Source: an uncultured delta proteobacterium (lineage in GTDB: Bacteria > Myxococcota_A > Polyangia > Fen-1088). Taken from it: a stretch of 64,000 nucleotides of DNA. The notes beneath the pieces were generated by a model. It had not been told where the DNA came from, did not search any database, and saw only the letters and a list, made by a program, of their open reading frames with translations. The stretch spans positions 1,280,001 through 1,344,000 of the forward strand of contig CAVTRY010000011.1 of assembly GCA_963737265.1 (NCBI GenBank). The letters are read 5' to 3'. Made by a program: the position numbers and the translations under genes. This document shows, one piece after another, positions 54,857-64,000 of the stretch (position 1 is the stretch's first letter; each line of letters opens with the position of its first letter).

Positions 54857-57544
54857 CTATTGGTAGGTGGAGAATTGCTTCCGCCAGGTCCAGTCTGGGG
54901 CCTCGAACCGGAAGAGATTGGCCATCTCGCCGACCAACGTGCCGTCGTCATTTCGGTTGGGCTGGATTTCGTAGCCTTGCGCGCCGGAGGAAAAGTCGTT
55001 CCAAATCGAAGGCACGGCGTCCACCTCCAGATTCCACCTCGTTTGGTACTCGTAAATATCGTCCAGACCAGCGGCCCCGTGAAAGCCAAAGGACATAAAC
55101 CGCCCCGATCTGGGCCCAAGCTGCAACCAGATGGAAAAGCCGTGAGCCTGTTTTTCGGGCACCTCGAAGACGGCCCTTGCCGCCGTCGATGCCTTGTACG
55201 GATTGTTCCTGTCCTCGTACATGGCCGCCACAAATTCCGTCCGCGTCGTCTCAATCCGTTCCCAGGTCGAGGTCGGGGTTGGACAACAGAATAGAACCAA
55301 GTCATCCATGTCGTTGGCTAAATCGTTGTGAAAGTACTTGCTAAAGGTGATGGTGATACGGTGTCGAATCTGGTTGATCTTCGCCCGTTCGAACGGTTCG
55401 ACCTCAATCTTCTCGAAAACGTGCCTCTTCATCACGTGCATGTAGTCGACGGCCACGGCGAGCCTGGGCTTGTCGCGCTGGGCGCTCGACGGCACCACCT
55501 CGATGTTGGTGACGTGGCCCTCGGCAGACACGCGGGCGATGGTTCCGGACGGACGGTCGCTGCCCCACTCTGCGAACTCGTGGCTGAGATTCAGACGAGG
55601 GAGGGGGCCGGCGCAATCCGAGACGATGATGGGCGTGCGGCCTTTGATCTTGGACGCCGCGTCGGCGACCACGCCGCGGACGAGACGCAGGGCGTGGCCT
55701 TCGGTCGGGTACTGGTGGCCGGTGGGCTGCCCGACGAAATACAGGCCCTTGCGATGCGAGTGACCGGTGATGACCAGGGCCAGATCCTTGCCCGCCGCAA
55801 CCTGGTCGTAGAGCTCTTTTCGCCCTTTTTCGAAAGTACCCAAGTCGTAGTCCGAGTAGGGCTGGCCCTTGCGTATCAGGTGCTGACCAAGAAGGTCGGT
55901 CTCGCCGTTGTCGACTTTTCCAGCGACGGGTTCGTCGCCGCAGGCGATGGTGTCCTTGTAGCTGACCAGCGTGAAATGGGTCATGAGCACGATCTTCTTG
56001 GCGCCGATCGACTTGAGCAGAGTGAGCTGCTGGCTGGTCACCGACTCGTTTGCGCGGCCGAGGTGACCCAAACCCTGCCCTCCCGACCTGACGGACGGTA
56101 GCCAGTTGATCCGCTGCTCGTCCTCGCCCCAGCCCAGCCCCACCAGTCTCTGCTTGGGCAGCTCGAAGCTAAAATCGGAGAAAGGTGTGAACGCGGCATA
56201 AAACCATTCGAACGCGCTTTTCTTCATCAGCGGCAGGCTGCTGGTGTCCGCGTAGGATTCTCCGAAGCTCAAGATAGACTCGTAGAAGGTCAGGTTATGG
56301 TCGGCGGGAATGCCTTCGTTTGCTGCCTTGAGCTGGAGCGCGCGCGGCGAGATGCCGTAGATATGTCTGCCGCCATAGGCGTCGTGATTGCCCGCAATCG
56401 CGAACGCGGGCTTGGCGGTGCAGAAGTCCCGGATCAGCGTGTAGAAGGCGATGAGGTCGACATTCGCTTGGTAGTTCTGGCGGTAGTTGTCATCGACGTT
56501 CACGCGTTTCCACACCGCGGCCGCGCTCTTGGCGAGCTTTTCCTCTGTTTGCTCATCGGTTGGCAGGGGGGAGGCATTGTCGATGTGCTCGATCAAATCG
56601 CCCCCCACGAGCAAGACGTCCAGGTCGTCCCCTTTGCCCTTCATCTTAGCGAGGATCGATACAAGCGAGGAATCGAAGCAGCTCACCAACGTGCCGATGG
56701 CAGGCGACTCCGTGGTTCCGGACGGCGCATCGATCACACGCGCGGGGCTTCTGGCCAAGAGCTTCTGGCGGGCGTTGATGTGGATGTCCGAGACGTGGCC
56801 GTAGCTGACCTCGGACAGGGTCCCCCGTGGATACACATAGAGCGGGTGATAGGCCACGATGCGCTGGTCGAGGTCGACCCGCGAGTAATCCACACCCTCG
56901 CCGTCGAGCTCGAATTCGTGCGTGCCGAAGCCGCCGCTGCCTTGCAGGGCCGGGCCGTTCAGGCGCTTAAAAACCTTGCGTATCTGGAGGTCCTGATATT
57001 CGGAATTCCCTGAACCGTCGTCCGCGCCAGGGCTGCCCGCTCCCTGCGAAGCTGCCGCCAGGCAAGACTCGTGTACCTGGATGGCGTAGAAACCGTCCAG
57101 CTCCTTGGGCAGCCAGTTGGAAACCGTGTCGTGCAGGACGCCACGGAAGATTCCCTTGGTCTTGAGCTGGCCGACTGCATCGCGCTCCACCGGCTCGACC
57201 GCGATCTTGCCCGTGGGATCGTCGAACAAATCGTCGTCCGTCACGCGTTTCTTGGCATCGAGGCCGGGCGCGAATTTGAGGTGGCGGTTTACGTCGTCGA
57301 TGGCGAGAGCGGGCGACTTGGGCGCGGCCACCAGGAGCTCGATCATGCCCTTGTTCTCGCCGCGCACGTGCAGGTTGGGCGTCAGCAGCGAGGGAAACAG
57401 CACCACTGCCGGAATGTTCGGTCGCGTGTCGATGGTGTTGAGGTGCTCGGGGGCGACCTGGAATTTGCCCTGCGACGGATCGGGTCGCGACACGAACGAG
57501 AAGGCTCGCCACACCAGGTTGTAGATATCGGGTTTACTGGCCAT
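54857..57544 (-). CDS. large calcineurin-like metallophosphoesterase, putative effector
   Basis: All five motifs: SDIH, GDLIE, GNHD, THF, GHSH; no signal peptide; RBS AGGA. Confidence 0.88.
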   Translation of the reverse strand: MASKPDIYNLVWRAFSFVSRPDPSQGKFQVAPEHLNTIDTRPNIPAVVLFPSLLTPNLHVRGENKGMIELLVAAPKSPALAIDDVNRHLKFAPGLDAKKRVTDDDLFDDPTGKIAVEPVERDAVGQLKTKGIFRGVLHDTVSNWLPKELDGFYAIQVHESCLAAASQGAGSPGADDGSGNSEYQDLQIRKVFKRLNGPALQGSGGFGTHEFELDGEGVDYSRVDLDQRIVAYHPLYVYPRGTLSEVSYGHVSDIHINARQKLLARSPARVIDAPSGTTESPAIGTLVSCFDSSLVSILAKMKGKGDDLDVLLVGGDLIEHIDNASPLPTDEQTEEKLAKSAAAVWKRVNVDDNYRQNYQANVDLIAFYTLIRDFCTAKPAFAIAGNHDAYGGRHIYGISPRALQLKAANEGIPADHNLTFYESILSFGESYADTSSLPLMKKSAFEWFYAAFTPFSDFSFELPKQRLVGLGWGEDEQRINWLPSVRSGGQGLGHLGRANESVTSQQLTLLKSIGAKKIVLMTHFTLVSYKDTIACGDEPVAGKVDNGETDLLGQHLIRKGQPYSDYDLGTFEKGRKELYDQVAAGKDLALVITGHSHRKGLYFVGQPTGHQYPTEGHALRLVRGVVADAASKIKGRTPIIVSDCAGPLPRLNLSHEFAEWGSDRPSGTIARVSAEGHVTNIEVVPSSAQRDKPRLAVAVDYMHVMKRHVFEKIEVEPFERAKINQIRHRITITFSKYFHNDLANDMDDLVLFCCPTPTSTWERIETTRTEFVAAMYEDRNNPYKASTAARAVFEVPEKQAHGFSIWLQLGPRSGRFMSFGFHGAAGLDDIYEYQTRWNLEVDAVPSIWNDFSSGAQGYEIQPNRNDDGTLVGEMANLFRFEAPDWTWRKQFSTYQ

Positions 57545-57553
57545 GTGTTTTTC

Positions 57554-57724
57554 CTAGCGGGTGGGGAAGCGGGCGCCCGGGCCATAGCTTAGCCCATCGG
57601 CTCGCACGACAAGGTCAGGGGCATAAGAAACTCGTCTGGCTTCGGCCAAGAAGACCGGGTCGATTAGCAGCCGCTGCTCTTCGTCGGTGAGGGGTGGTCG
57701 GGCGGAGGGATTAGGGGGCGCCAT
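57554..57724 (-). CDS. 56-aa small ORF (below the ORF-track cutoff)
   Basis: AGGAG RBS + ATG at 57724; MAPPNPSARPPLTDEEQRLLIDPVFLAEARRVSYAPDLVVRADGLSYGPGARFPTR*; the stop overlaps the next RBS. Confidence 0.6.
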   Translation of the reverse strand: MAPPNPSARPPLTDEEQRLLIDPVFLAEARRVSYAPDLVVRADGLSYGPGARFPTR

Positions 57725-57757
57725 GGGTTCTCCTGCGGGCGGTTCGGCCGTGCCGGG

Positions 57758-58489
57758 TTACCTGCCGTGGGCCGCGTGGAGTGCGGCGAGGAAGTCGTCA
57801 TCGACCACGTCTTGGTCATCCAGCAGCTTGACCCAGCGGAAATGCGCGATGGCGGTGTGGGTGGCATCGTCGGCGTTTCCGTCGATCGGGCCCGTGTAGA
57901 AGCCGAGGTTCTGCAGGCGGGCTTGGATTCCCGAGGTGGTGTCGGACGGATCCAGTCCGCCCACGGCGAAATCGTAGGCAGCAAAGGGCTGGTCGGCGGC
58001 GCTCCCCGCGCGCGAGAGCTCGACGTGGACCTTGCTGGTATCGGGTGGCAAGTCGATTTCCAGTTTTCCGGTCGAAGGTAGCGTGCCCTCCACGGCGCCA
58101 CCGGTGTCAGGGGTTGCCTTGAAGGTGACCGGGTTCTCCTCGCTGCACTTGACTCCGGCGAAGCGCACGCGCAGCACCTCGGCCGCGCCCTGCACGACGT
58201 ATTCAGCCGCGCCACCCGGGACCTCCGCCTCGCGCGCGAGCTTGCTCGGGATGGCGACCTTGTCGCCCGGCAAGAGGATGTGGGCGGTTCCGCGCAACTT
58301 GCGCAGGTCTTCGTTCTTCGCAAAATCCCAAATGGTCTGCCAACGAATGAAGCCATGCGCCCGAGCGATCGTGGGCAACCGGTCGCCTTGCTCGACCGTG
58401 TACTGCGACGCCTCGCTACGCTCGTCCTCGGCCAGATCGAGCGCGCCATCCCCGTCCCAGTCGGCGCCATCGAGGTCGGGGAAGGTCAC
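57758..58489 (-). CDS. LysM + peptidoglycan-binding-domain protein (5' end possibly deleted)
   Basis: YTVEQGD.L.TIA..HG...LLPGDKVAIP LysM; GIQARLQNLGFYTGPIDG PG_binding_1-like. Confidence 0.85.
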   Translation of the reverse strand: MTFPDLDGADWDGDGALDLAEDERSEASQYTVEQGDRLPTIARAHGFIRWQTIWDFAKNEDLRKLRGTAHILLPGDKVAIPSKLAREAEVPGGAAEYVVQGAAEVLRVRFAGVKCSEENPVTFKATPDTGGAVEGTLPSTGKLEIDLPPDTSKVHVELSRAGSAADQPFAAYDFAVGGLDPSDTTSGIQARLQNLGFYTGPIDGNADDATHTAIAHFRWVKLLDDQDVVDDDFLAALHAAHGR

Positions 58490-58523
58490 CGTGAAGACGC
58501 CCGGTGAAGAGCTCGTCGCCCGA

Positions 58524-58656
58524 ACAGCGCGTGGAGGGGACTGAGAGCCTCGTATTCACCCTCGCGACACAGCCGACTGGCATCGAGCCTACCGACCAAG
58601 ATGACCTTGTTCTCGAGTTGCCAAAAAGGCGAGATGCCAAGCGAGGGGCCAAACAT
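58524..58656 (-). repeat. left arm of 133-bp inverted repeat (5' end of a paralog of the OmpA gene)
   Basis: 123/133 nt identical to 59087-59219 by hand alignment; starts at ATG preceded by AAAGGA. Confidence 0.9.
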
Positions 58657-58728
58657 GTGTGTCCTTTCACCTGCGCCGTCCGAGCTGGTGACCATAGTGA
58701 AGGTCGGCAACCGGCGAGAAGTCTACCA

Positions 58729-58977
58729 CTGAACCACCCGCTGTCTGCCGAACGCCCCGAGGGCGTTCTTGCGCAAATCCTAGACCGCGGCGAGATGTCC
58801 GCTTGGCGGGAGCTGTACCGCCTTGCCGGTGCAGACCCGGATCTGCGTGCGCGAATCGCCCGGGTGGTGGCGAAAGTGCCATTGCTCATGCCGAGGTTTT
58901 GGTCTGCGGCCCTGAAGAGTCTTGGCGAGCCGGTCGACCTCGGCATGGATCTGCCGCGAGCCGATCTCGGGCTTTGA
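58729..58977 (+). pseudogene. small helical antitoxin-like ORF without clear start
   Basis: VLAQILDRGEMSAWRELY resembles DUF6922-type antitoxin motifs (recalled, not searched). Confidence 0.4.
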
Positions 58978-59086
58978 TCTACTACCTCCGGGCCGTCGCC
59001 CCAAAAGGCCAGGGGGTTAGGGAAGAACTAGGCGCGGCCAGGCTGGACCAAAAAACAACTTCGTATAGCATGGCGCCATGGATTTG

Positions 59087-59219
59087 ATGTTTGGCCCCTC
59101 GCTTGGCATCTCGCCTTTTTGGCAGCTCGAAAACAAGGTCATCTTGGTTGGCAGGCTCGATGCCAGTCGGCTATGTCGCGACGGCGAATACGAGGCTCTC
59201 AATCTCCTCCAGGCGCTGT
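59087..59219 (+). repeat. right arm of 133-bp inverted repeat
   Basis: ATGTTTGGCCCCTCGCTTGGCATCTCGCCTTTTTGGCA (38 nt) is identical in both arms. Confidence 0.9.
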
Positions 59220-61411
59220 GGGACTTTCGCCGCCTGTGGCCGAGGCCGCCCTGGCGCATGCGGCGCTTCGCCGCCGACGCCCGGCTGTCGAGATTCCCGC
59301 TGTCGTCGCTCGACGATCGCAAAGTGGACGAGCTGATTGAAAGCGCCATCCGGCTCGGCGATTTGGTCGCCATCAGGAAGGTCGACCCGGCCGTGCTTGC
59401 GGCGCGGCCCGTGGATCCAGCCGTGGCGAAGCTGCGCCTGATTCGCGAGATCGAAGCCAAGACCGGCGGGAAGATGACCGAGTCGGGCCGTCACTACCGG
59501 CTGCTGCGCGACATCGACTTCGAAAAGTTCCCCGAGCGCAACTACTACTATGTGGTCCGCCAGGACGAGGCCAAGCAAGTCCTGGACGCCCTGGCCAAAG
59601 GGACCGGCACGTCCGGCGAGCTGGCAGCACTTTTCGCCAAGGCGCGCGACCAAATCACCCGCGACTGGCGTCGGCCCTTTTCATCGCCCGACGGTCTCAT
59701 CCTTCTTCGCCGCGCGCCGGTCGAGCGCGCGCCAGCGAAGGATACCGGACCCGCCATCACGCCGTCGCAGATGAAGGCGCTGCTCGATGCCGAAAAGCCG
59801 GTCACGTTCTTTGCCCGTTTCGTCGACGAGCACGGCAAGGGGCTGTCCGGTTTTACCGGCACGCTGGCGCACGGCTCGGATCCCGATAGCGACTTGGCGT
59901 TTCCCGGCAGCGGATTCGCCAAGGTCACCCTCAAGGGCAAAGCGCAGGCGTGGCTCACCCTGTCGGACGATGCGACCCAGGACTTGGTCGATGCCTTGAA
60001 AGCCCGCTGGAAGGAAATTCGCGGCAAGGTGGACAAGGCGTGGAAAGCGAAGGAAGAAGCGCTGGTCGAAGTGTCGTTCGAGAAGGGCAAGCTGCCCGAA
60101 CTGCAACTGGAAGCCGAGAAGAAGCACACCTTCATGCTCCGGCCCCCCGTGGCGTTGGCGCGCATGCACGGCATGTACTTCGATGCCAACAAATGCTTCC
60201 TGCTGCCCACGGCGATTGCCAGCCTTAAGCGTCTGGTCCAAATCTACGAGCTGCACCTCGATTCGGAGTTGCTGATCGTCGGCCACACCGACACGGCGGG
60301 CTCCGAGGCTTTCAACCTGGATTTGTCCGCCGATCGGGCCGAGGCGATGCGGGCATACCTGCGCGACGACGCCGACACCTGGCTCGCCTGGTGGAACGAA
60401 GGCGTCAGGAAGAGCAAACGCTGGGGCGAGCACGAGGATCTCCAGATGATCGACGCCCTGGTGCCCGACGACCGATTCGGCGACGGCAGTCACGTCAAAG
60501 CTTACCAGAACTGGCACAACGGCGAGGCGCCCGACGCGCGCCAAGAAGACCAGGCACGCGGCCAGCCCGACGGATGGGAAGAGCTGAAAGTCGACGGTAT
60601 CCTGGGACCGAAAACGCGCCGGCAACTGATCCTCGATTACATGAATCTGGCCGGCACGTCGCTGGAAGACGACGTGCGCGTAGTCACCTACGGTTGCGGG
60701 GAATACTTTCCGCTTGAAAGCGAGGAAGGCGAGGTCGATCAAAAGGCCGAGGACAATGAAGAGGTGCAATTCGACCGGCGCGTGGAAGTGTTCTTCTTCG
60801 CCAAACCGTTCGGCATCCTTCCGCCCGTGCCTGGGGTGGCCGACGGCGTGTCGTCGAAGACAGCGACCAAGGCAGCCAAGGGCGACAAGCTGTATCCCGA
60901 GTGGCGGCTGCGCGCATCCCGTTTCCATGCCGTCGAGACCGAGGCCGATGGTTTTCGGTTTCGCTTGTGCGACAGCGACCTTGCGCCCTATGCCAACCGA
61001 CCGTTTGCCTTGTGCCTGGAAGACTATCCCGAGCTTCGCGGTACTACCGACGACGGCGGCTTCGTCATTGTCGACTCGCCGCCGGCGGGTGCGCAAGGCT
61101 ACGTCGAGGTGTGGCCCGACGACGAGCTTCCCGAGGAAACCGTTCGCTGGGAGCTCGGCATCGACGCCATGATTTCGCCCGCAACGCCGCTTGGCGCATC
61201 AACTCGACTGTTCAATCTGGACTACTTCGCCGGCGAGCCGAGCGACGAAATGACGGACGAGCTGCAGGACGCCATCAGTTACTTCCAGGGCGACACCGCC
61301 GGGCTGGAAATTACGGGCGAGCTGGACGACGACACTTGCGCAGGGTTGCGCAACCTCCACGAGTGCGAGCCACTGGCCGCTTCCCCTGGCTCCGAGGAGC
61401 CGACCGGATGA
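59087..61411 (+). CDS. OmpA-C-like + peptidoglycan-binding-domain protein
   Basis: YFDANK..LLP, IVGHTDTAGS..NLDLS..RA, RRVEVFFF; VDGILGPKTR and C-terminal PG-binding-like motifs; no signal peptide; alternative start 59078. Confidence 0.85.
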   Translation: MFGPSLGISPFWQLENKVILVGRLDASRLCRDGEYEALNLLQALWDFRRLWPRPPWRMRRFAADARLSRFPLSSLDDRKVDELIESAIRLGDLVAIRKVDPAVLAARPVDPAVAKLRLIREIEAKTGGKMTESGRHYRLLRDIDFEKFPERNYYYVVRQDEAKQVLDALAKGTGTSGELAALFAKARDQITRDWRRPFSSPDGLILLRRAPVERAPAKDTGPAITPSQMKALLDAEKPVTFFARFVDEHGKGLSGFTGTLAHGSDPDSDLAFPGSGFAKVTLKGKAQAWLTLSDDATQDLVDALKARWKEIRGKVDKAWKAKEEALVEVSFEKGKLPELQLEAEKKHTFMLRPPVALARMHGMYFDANKCFLLPTAIASLKRLVQIYELHLDSELLIVGHTDTAGSEAFNLDLSADRAEAMRAYLRDDADTWLAWWNEGVRKSKRWGEHEDLQMIDALVPDDRFGDGSHVKAYQNWHNGEAPDARQEDQARGQPDGWEELKVDGILGPKTRRQLILDYMNLAGTSLEDDVRVVTYGCGEYFPLESEEGEVDQKAEDNEEVQFDRRVEVFFFAKPFGILPPVPGVADGVSSKTATKAAKGDKLYPEWRLRASRFHAVETEADGFRFRLCDSDLAPYANRPFALCLEDYPELRGTTDDGGFVIVDSPPAGAQGYVEVWPDDELPEETVRWELGIDAMISPATPLGASTRLFNLDYFAGEPSDEMTDELQDAISYFQGDTAGLEITGELDDDTCAGLRNLHECEPLAASPGSEEPTG

Positions 61412-62280
61412 CGAGGCGCCGCGGTATCTTCCTGGTTGCCTGGGTCGTTGGGGGATGGCTGGCGGCACTGGTCGCGGTGCCGCATCTGCGCTGGTGGATC
61501 GAGGAGCACAACCATCGCACGACAGGACCGTCGTACGGGCTGGCCAACGACGCGGCGGCGTCCCTCGCGGCGGCTCTCGATCAACCAGCGCGCGTTGCCG
61601 AGCTGGTGGCAGTTCCGGAATCCGAGCCCACGCCCGCGACCTCGTGCGAGCTCACCTGGACCGATCGAGAAAAGACCTATGTCTACGCGCAGCGGGCCTC
61701 GCGGGCAGCGCCCGAGACCGCGTGGCGGGCGGTCACGGTCGCCGGCAAGGCGATCCTCGGCCGCTATGTCGCGGACTTGTGGGCGGGCGACTGCAGGGAG
61801 AAGGGCTCCGACTACAAAAGGGACTGCACCGTGGTGGAGCGCGCGCGACTGGTCGAGCGGCGGGAGATCCCCGTGGCACCTTCACCCGACAGGGCGACAC
61901 CGCTGCTGCCCGGTGAGTGCACGCTCGGAACCTTCGCGGGCAAGCCAGGCGTCGTCGGCCGGTACAAGGTGACCCTGCCCGCGGAGCGCGAGATCACGGT
62001 GCGCGCATTCGTGATCCCGGCCACCGCGTTCCTGGCGTACCGGCTGTCGCTGCGCGGACAGGATGCCCCACACGTCGACAAGGAGAGCACCATGTTTCGC
62101 TCGCTCGGCCAGGGCGAATACGACCTGGAGGTCACCCTGCTACCCGCAGTCGGCGCCGCCGACCTGCCCGGCGAGTACAGCCTGCAAGTCCACTGGGGCC
62201 GCGCTGTCGGCCCTCGCTGTCCCATTCCGAGCTTCGACGAGAGCAACTGCTACGGCGTTCCGGGCGGGAAGCAGCCATGA
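61408..62280 (+). CDS. N-terminally membrane-anchored protein, paralog A
   Basis: ATGA overlap; TM helix; shared blocks with the next gene. Confidence 0.75.
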   Translation: MTRRRGIFLVAWVVGGWLAALVAVPHLRWWIEEHNHRTTGPSYGLANDAAASLAAALDQPARVAELVAVPESEPTPATSCELTWTDREKTYVYAQRASRAAPETAWRAVTVAGKAILGRYVADLWAGDCREKGSDYKRDCTVVERARLVERREIPVAPSPDRATPLLPGECTLGTFAGKPGVVGRYKVTLPAEREITVRAFVIPATAFLAYRLSLRGQDAPHVDKESTMFRSLGQGEYDLEVTLLPAVGAADLPGEYSLQVHWGRAVGPRCPIPSFDESNCYGVPGGKQP

Positions 62281-63158
62281 AGGCTAACGGATCGCCCATC
62301 GAACACCTCGCGCGGGCTGTCGGAGCCGTGGGCTGGGCGTGGGCGACGATCCTGCTCCTGGGGACGGTGCTGACCCTGGAACGCGACCGTGGGGCGCCGT
62401 ATCCGGCGGGCCAGTTGGGAGAGGCGTTTGCGAGCACAAAGCCAGTGGACCGTGAGATTTTCGGTCCAGTAGCCGATCGCATTCACGGGCGAAGTGTCTG
62501 CGACAAGATGTGGTTCGATGAAGATGCGGTGCCGATTCGCGGCATCGGACCCATGAACGGCTCAACGGCACCTGCATGGCTCACCCTGACTGTTGCCGGC
62601 CAGGTCTTTGTCGGCAGAGTCACCGTAGATCTGTGGAACGGAGTCGGGGCAGGAACCGGTGGCCTGGAATCCTCGACCAATTTCATCGTCGCCACCAACC
62701 TTCGCTTCGTGGAGCGCGTGCCGCCACCTCGCCCAGGCCCGCCCGGTTGGCGGGTCATTCGGCCAGGCGAGTGCGCCCTCGGCAGCACGGAGCCTCAGGA
62801 TGCTTCGGGTGTCGTCGGGCGGTTCTTAATCGACCTGCCGGCAGAACGATTCGTCAACATTGGATTCATGCCAGAAGCTGAAGGGGATTACACACCGATG
62901 GACTGGAAGCTCACTTTCGATGGGCAGGATGTCCGAACGGTCCAAGAGGACGAGTACAAAGAAGGCCGATATCGGCCGGAACGATCGGGACGATATGAGC
63001 TTACAGTCCGTCGAACCGACGGACCAGACGCCGGCCAGATACCCGGAAGGCCACGGCAACACTACAGTGTCCAGGTGGCATGGGGTGCGTCGATAACAGG
63101 ATCGTGTTCTCCGCCTGATAGCTATGGCAACTGTTTCATGGAGGTCCATCGTGAGTGA
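62277..63158 (+). CDS. N-terminally membrane-anchored protein, paralog B
   Basis: ATGA overlap; AW..TVAG..GR..DLW.G, PGEC.LG, GVVGR..LPAER, YS.QV.WG shared with paralog A. Confidence 0.78.
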   Translation: MKANGSPIEHLARAVGAVGWAWATILLLGTVLTLERDRGAPYPAGQLGEAFASTKPVDREIFGPVADRIHGRSVCDKMWFDEDAVPIRGIGPMNGSTAPAWLTLTVAGQVFVGRVTVDLWNGVGAGTGGLESSTNFIVATNLRFVERVPPPRPGPPGWRVIRPGECALGSTEPQDASGVVGRFLIDLPAERFVNIGFMPEAEGDYTPMDWKLTFDGQDVRTVQEDEYKEGRYRPERSGRYELTVRRTDGPDAGQIPGRPRQHYSVQVAWGASITGSCSPPDSYGNCFMEVHRE

Positions 63159-63490
63159 TTCACCGGGAAGATTTCGGCGCAAAGACGTGAAGGCGACAGG
63201 GGCCTACCAGAAAGCGGATACCAATGAGAAGCGTAATTACCCGCTGCCAAACTCGATCGAATACCAAGTTAGGCCCGAGATCGCCAAGACCCTGCGGGCC
63301 CCGTCCGTGCATAGCGTCGATCCTCATGGTACTTCGACGCTTGTTCAGAAAGAAGTGGCCACCCTCATCTACATGGACGTCGGTCGCTGGAGCGGCAGTG
63401 CACCAACGGAGCATGATACACAGTCGCATTGGGGCAAGCATCGCGACTTCGGAATCGTCTGCGGTCGCCTGGCCACACTCTGCACCTATA
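63151..63490 (+). CDS. 5' part of a hypothetical protein lost in the homopolymer tail
   Basis: GGAGG RBS + GTG overlapping the previous stop. Confidence 0.55.
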
Positions 63491-63530
63491 CAAAAAAAAA
63501 AAAAACAAGAACGCCCAACACGGAATGGAT

Positions 63531-63988
<458 letters not shown>

Positions 63989-64000
63989 GAGGTTAAGGAT

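Noticed and set aside
58524-59219. Inverted repeat as a DGR TR/VR pair or transposon terminal repeats
   Set aside because: Mismatches are mainly third-position and not adenine-specific; the arms are coding and enclose no transposase

Overview
GC-rich bacterial DNA; the gene content (Cys-rich lipoproteins, Ser/Thr kinase, GH57/DUF4912 glycogen genes, NifJ-type PFOR) suggests a Myxococcota/Polyangia-like organism (inference). It looks like unpolished long-read sequence: single-base insertions break several conserved genes (~721, ~8433, ~27770, ~40817, ~53585) and the end collapses into poly-A/poly-T. 0-10 kb: EAL-CBS-GGDEF protein, an exosortase-H-like enzyme with a membrane partner and a likely sorting-signal substrate, and a PilZ-GNAT-like / V4R-GAF-HD-GYP / methyltransferase trio. 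10-26 kb and 33-48 kb: mostly housekeeping (glgA, two glgC, two GH57, dusB, nifJ, typA, transporters). 26-33 kb: accessory island with secreted lipoproteins including a neprosin-family peptidase, plus a 5'-truncated group II intron. 48-64 kb: IS91/ISCR-like transposases, vapBC, and the best candidate for a new system: a divergent pair of putative effector operons. The left one encodes a LysM/PG-binding protein, a 56-aa sORF, an 895-aa calcineurin-like metallophosphoesterase, an exported putative immunity protein and an orphan paralogous toxin module. The right one encodes an OmpA/PG-binding protein and two paralogous membrane-anchored proteins. A 133-bp coding inverted repeat links the two. 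No rRNA, tRNA or CRISPR array was seen. All family calls come from motifs recognised by eye; no searches were run.
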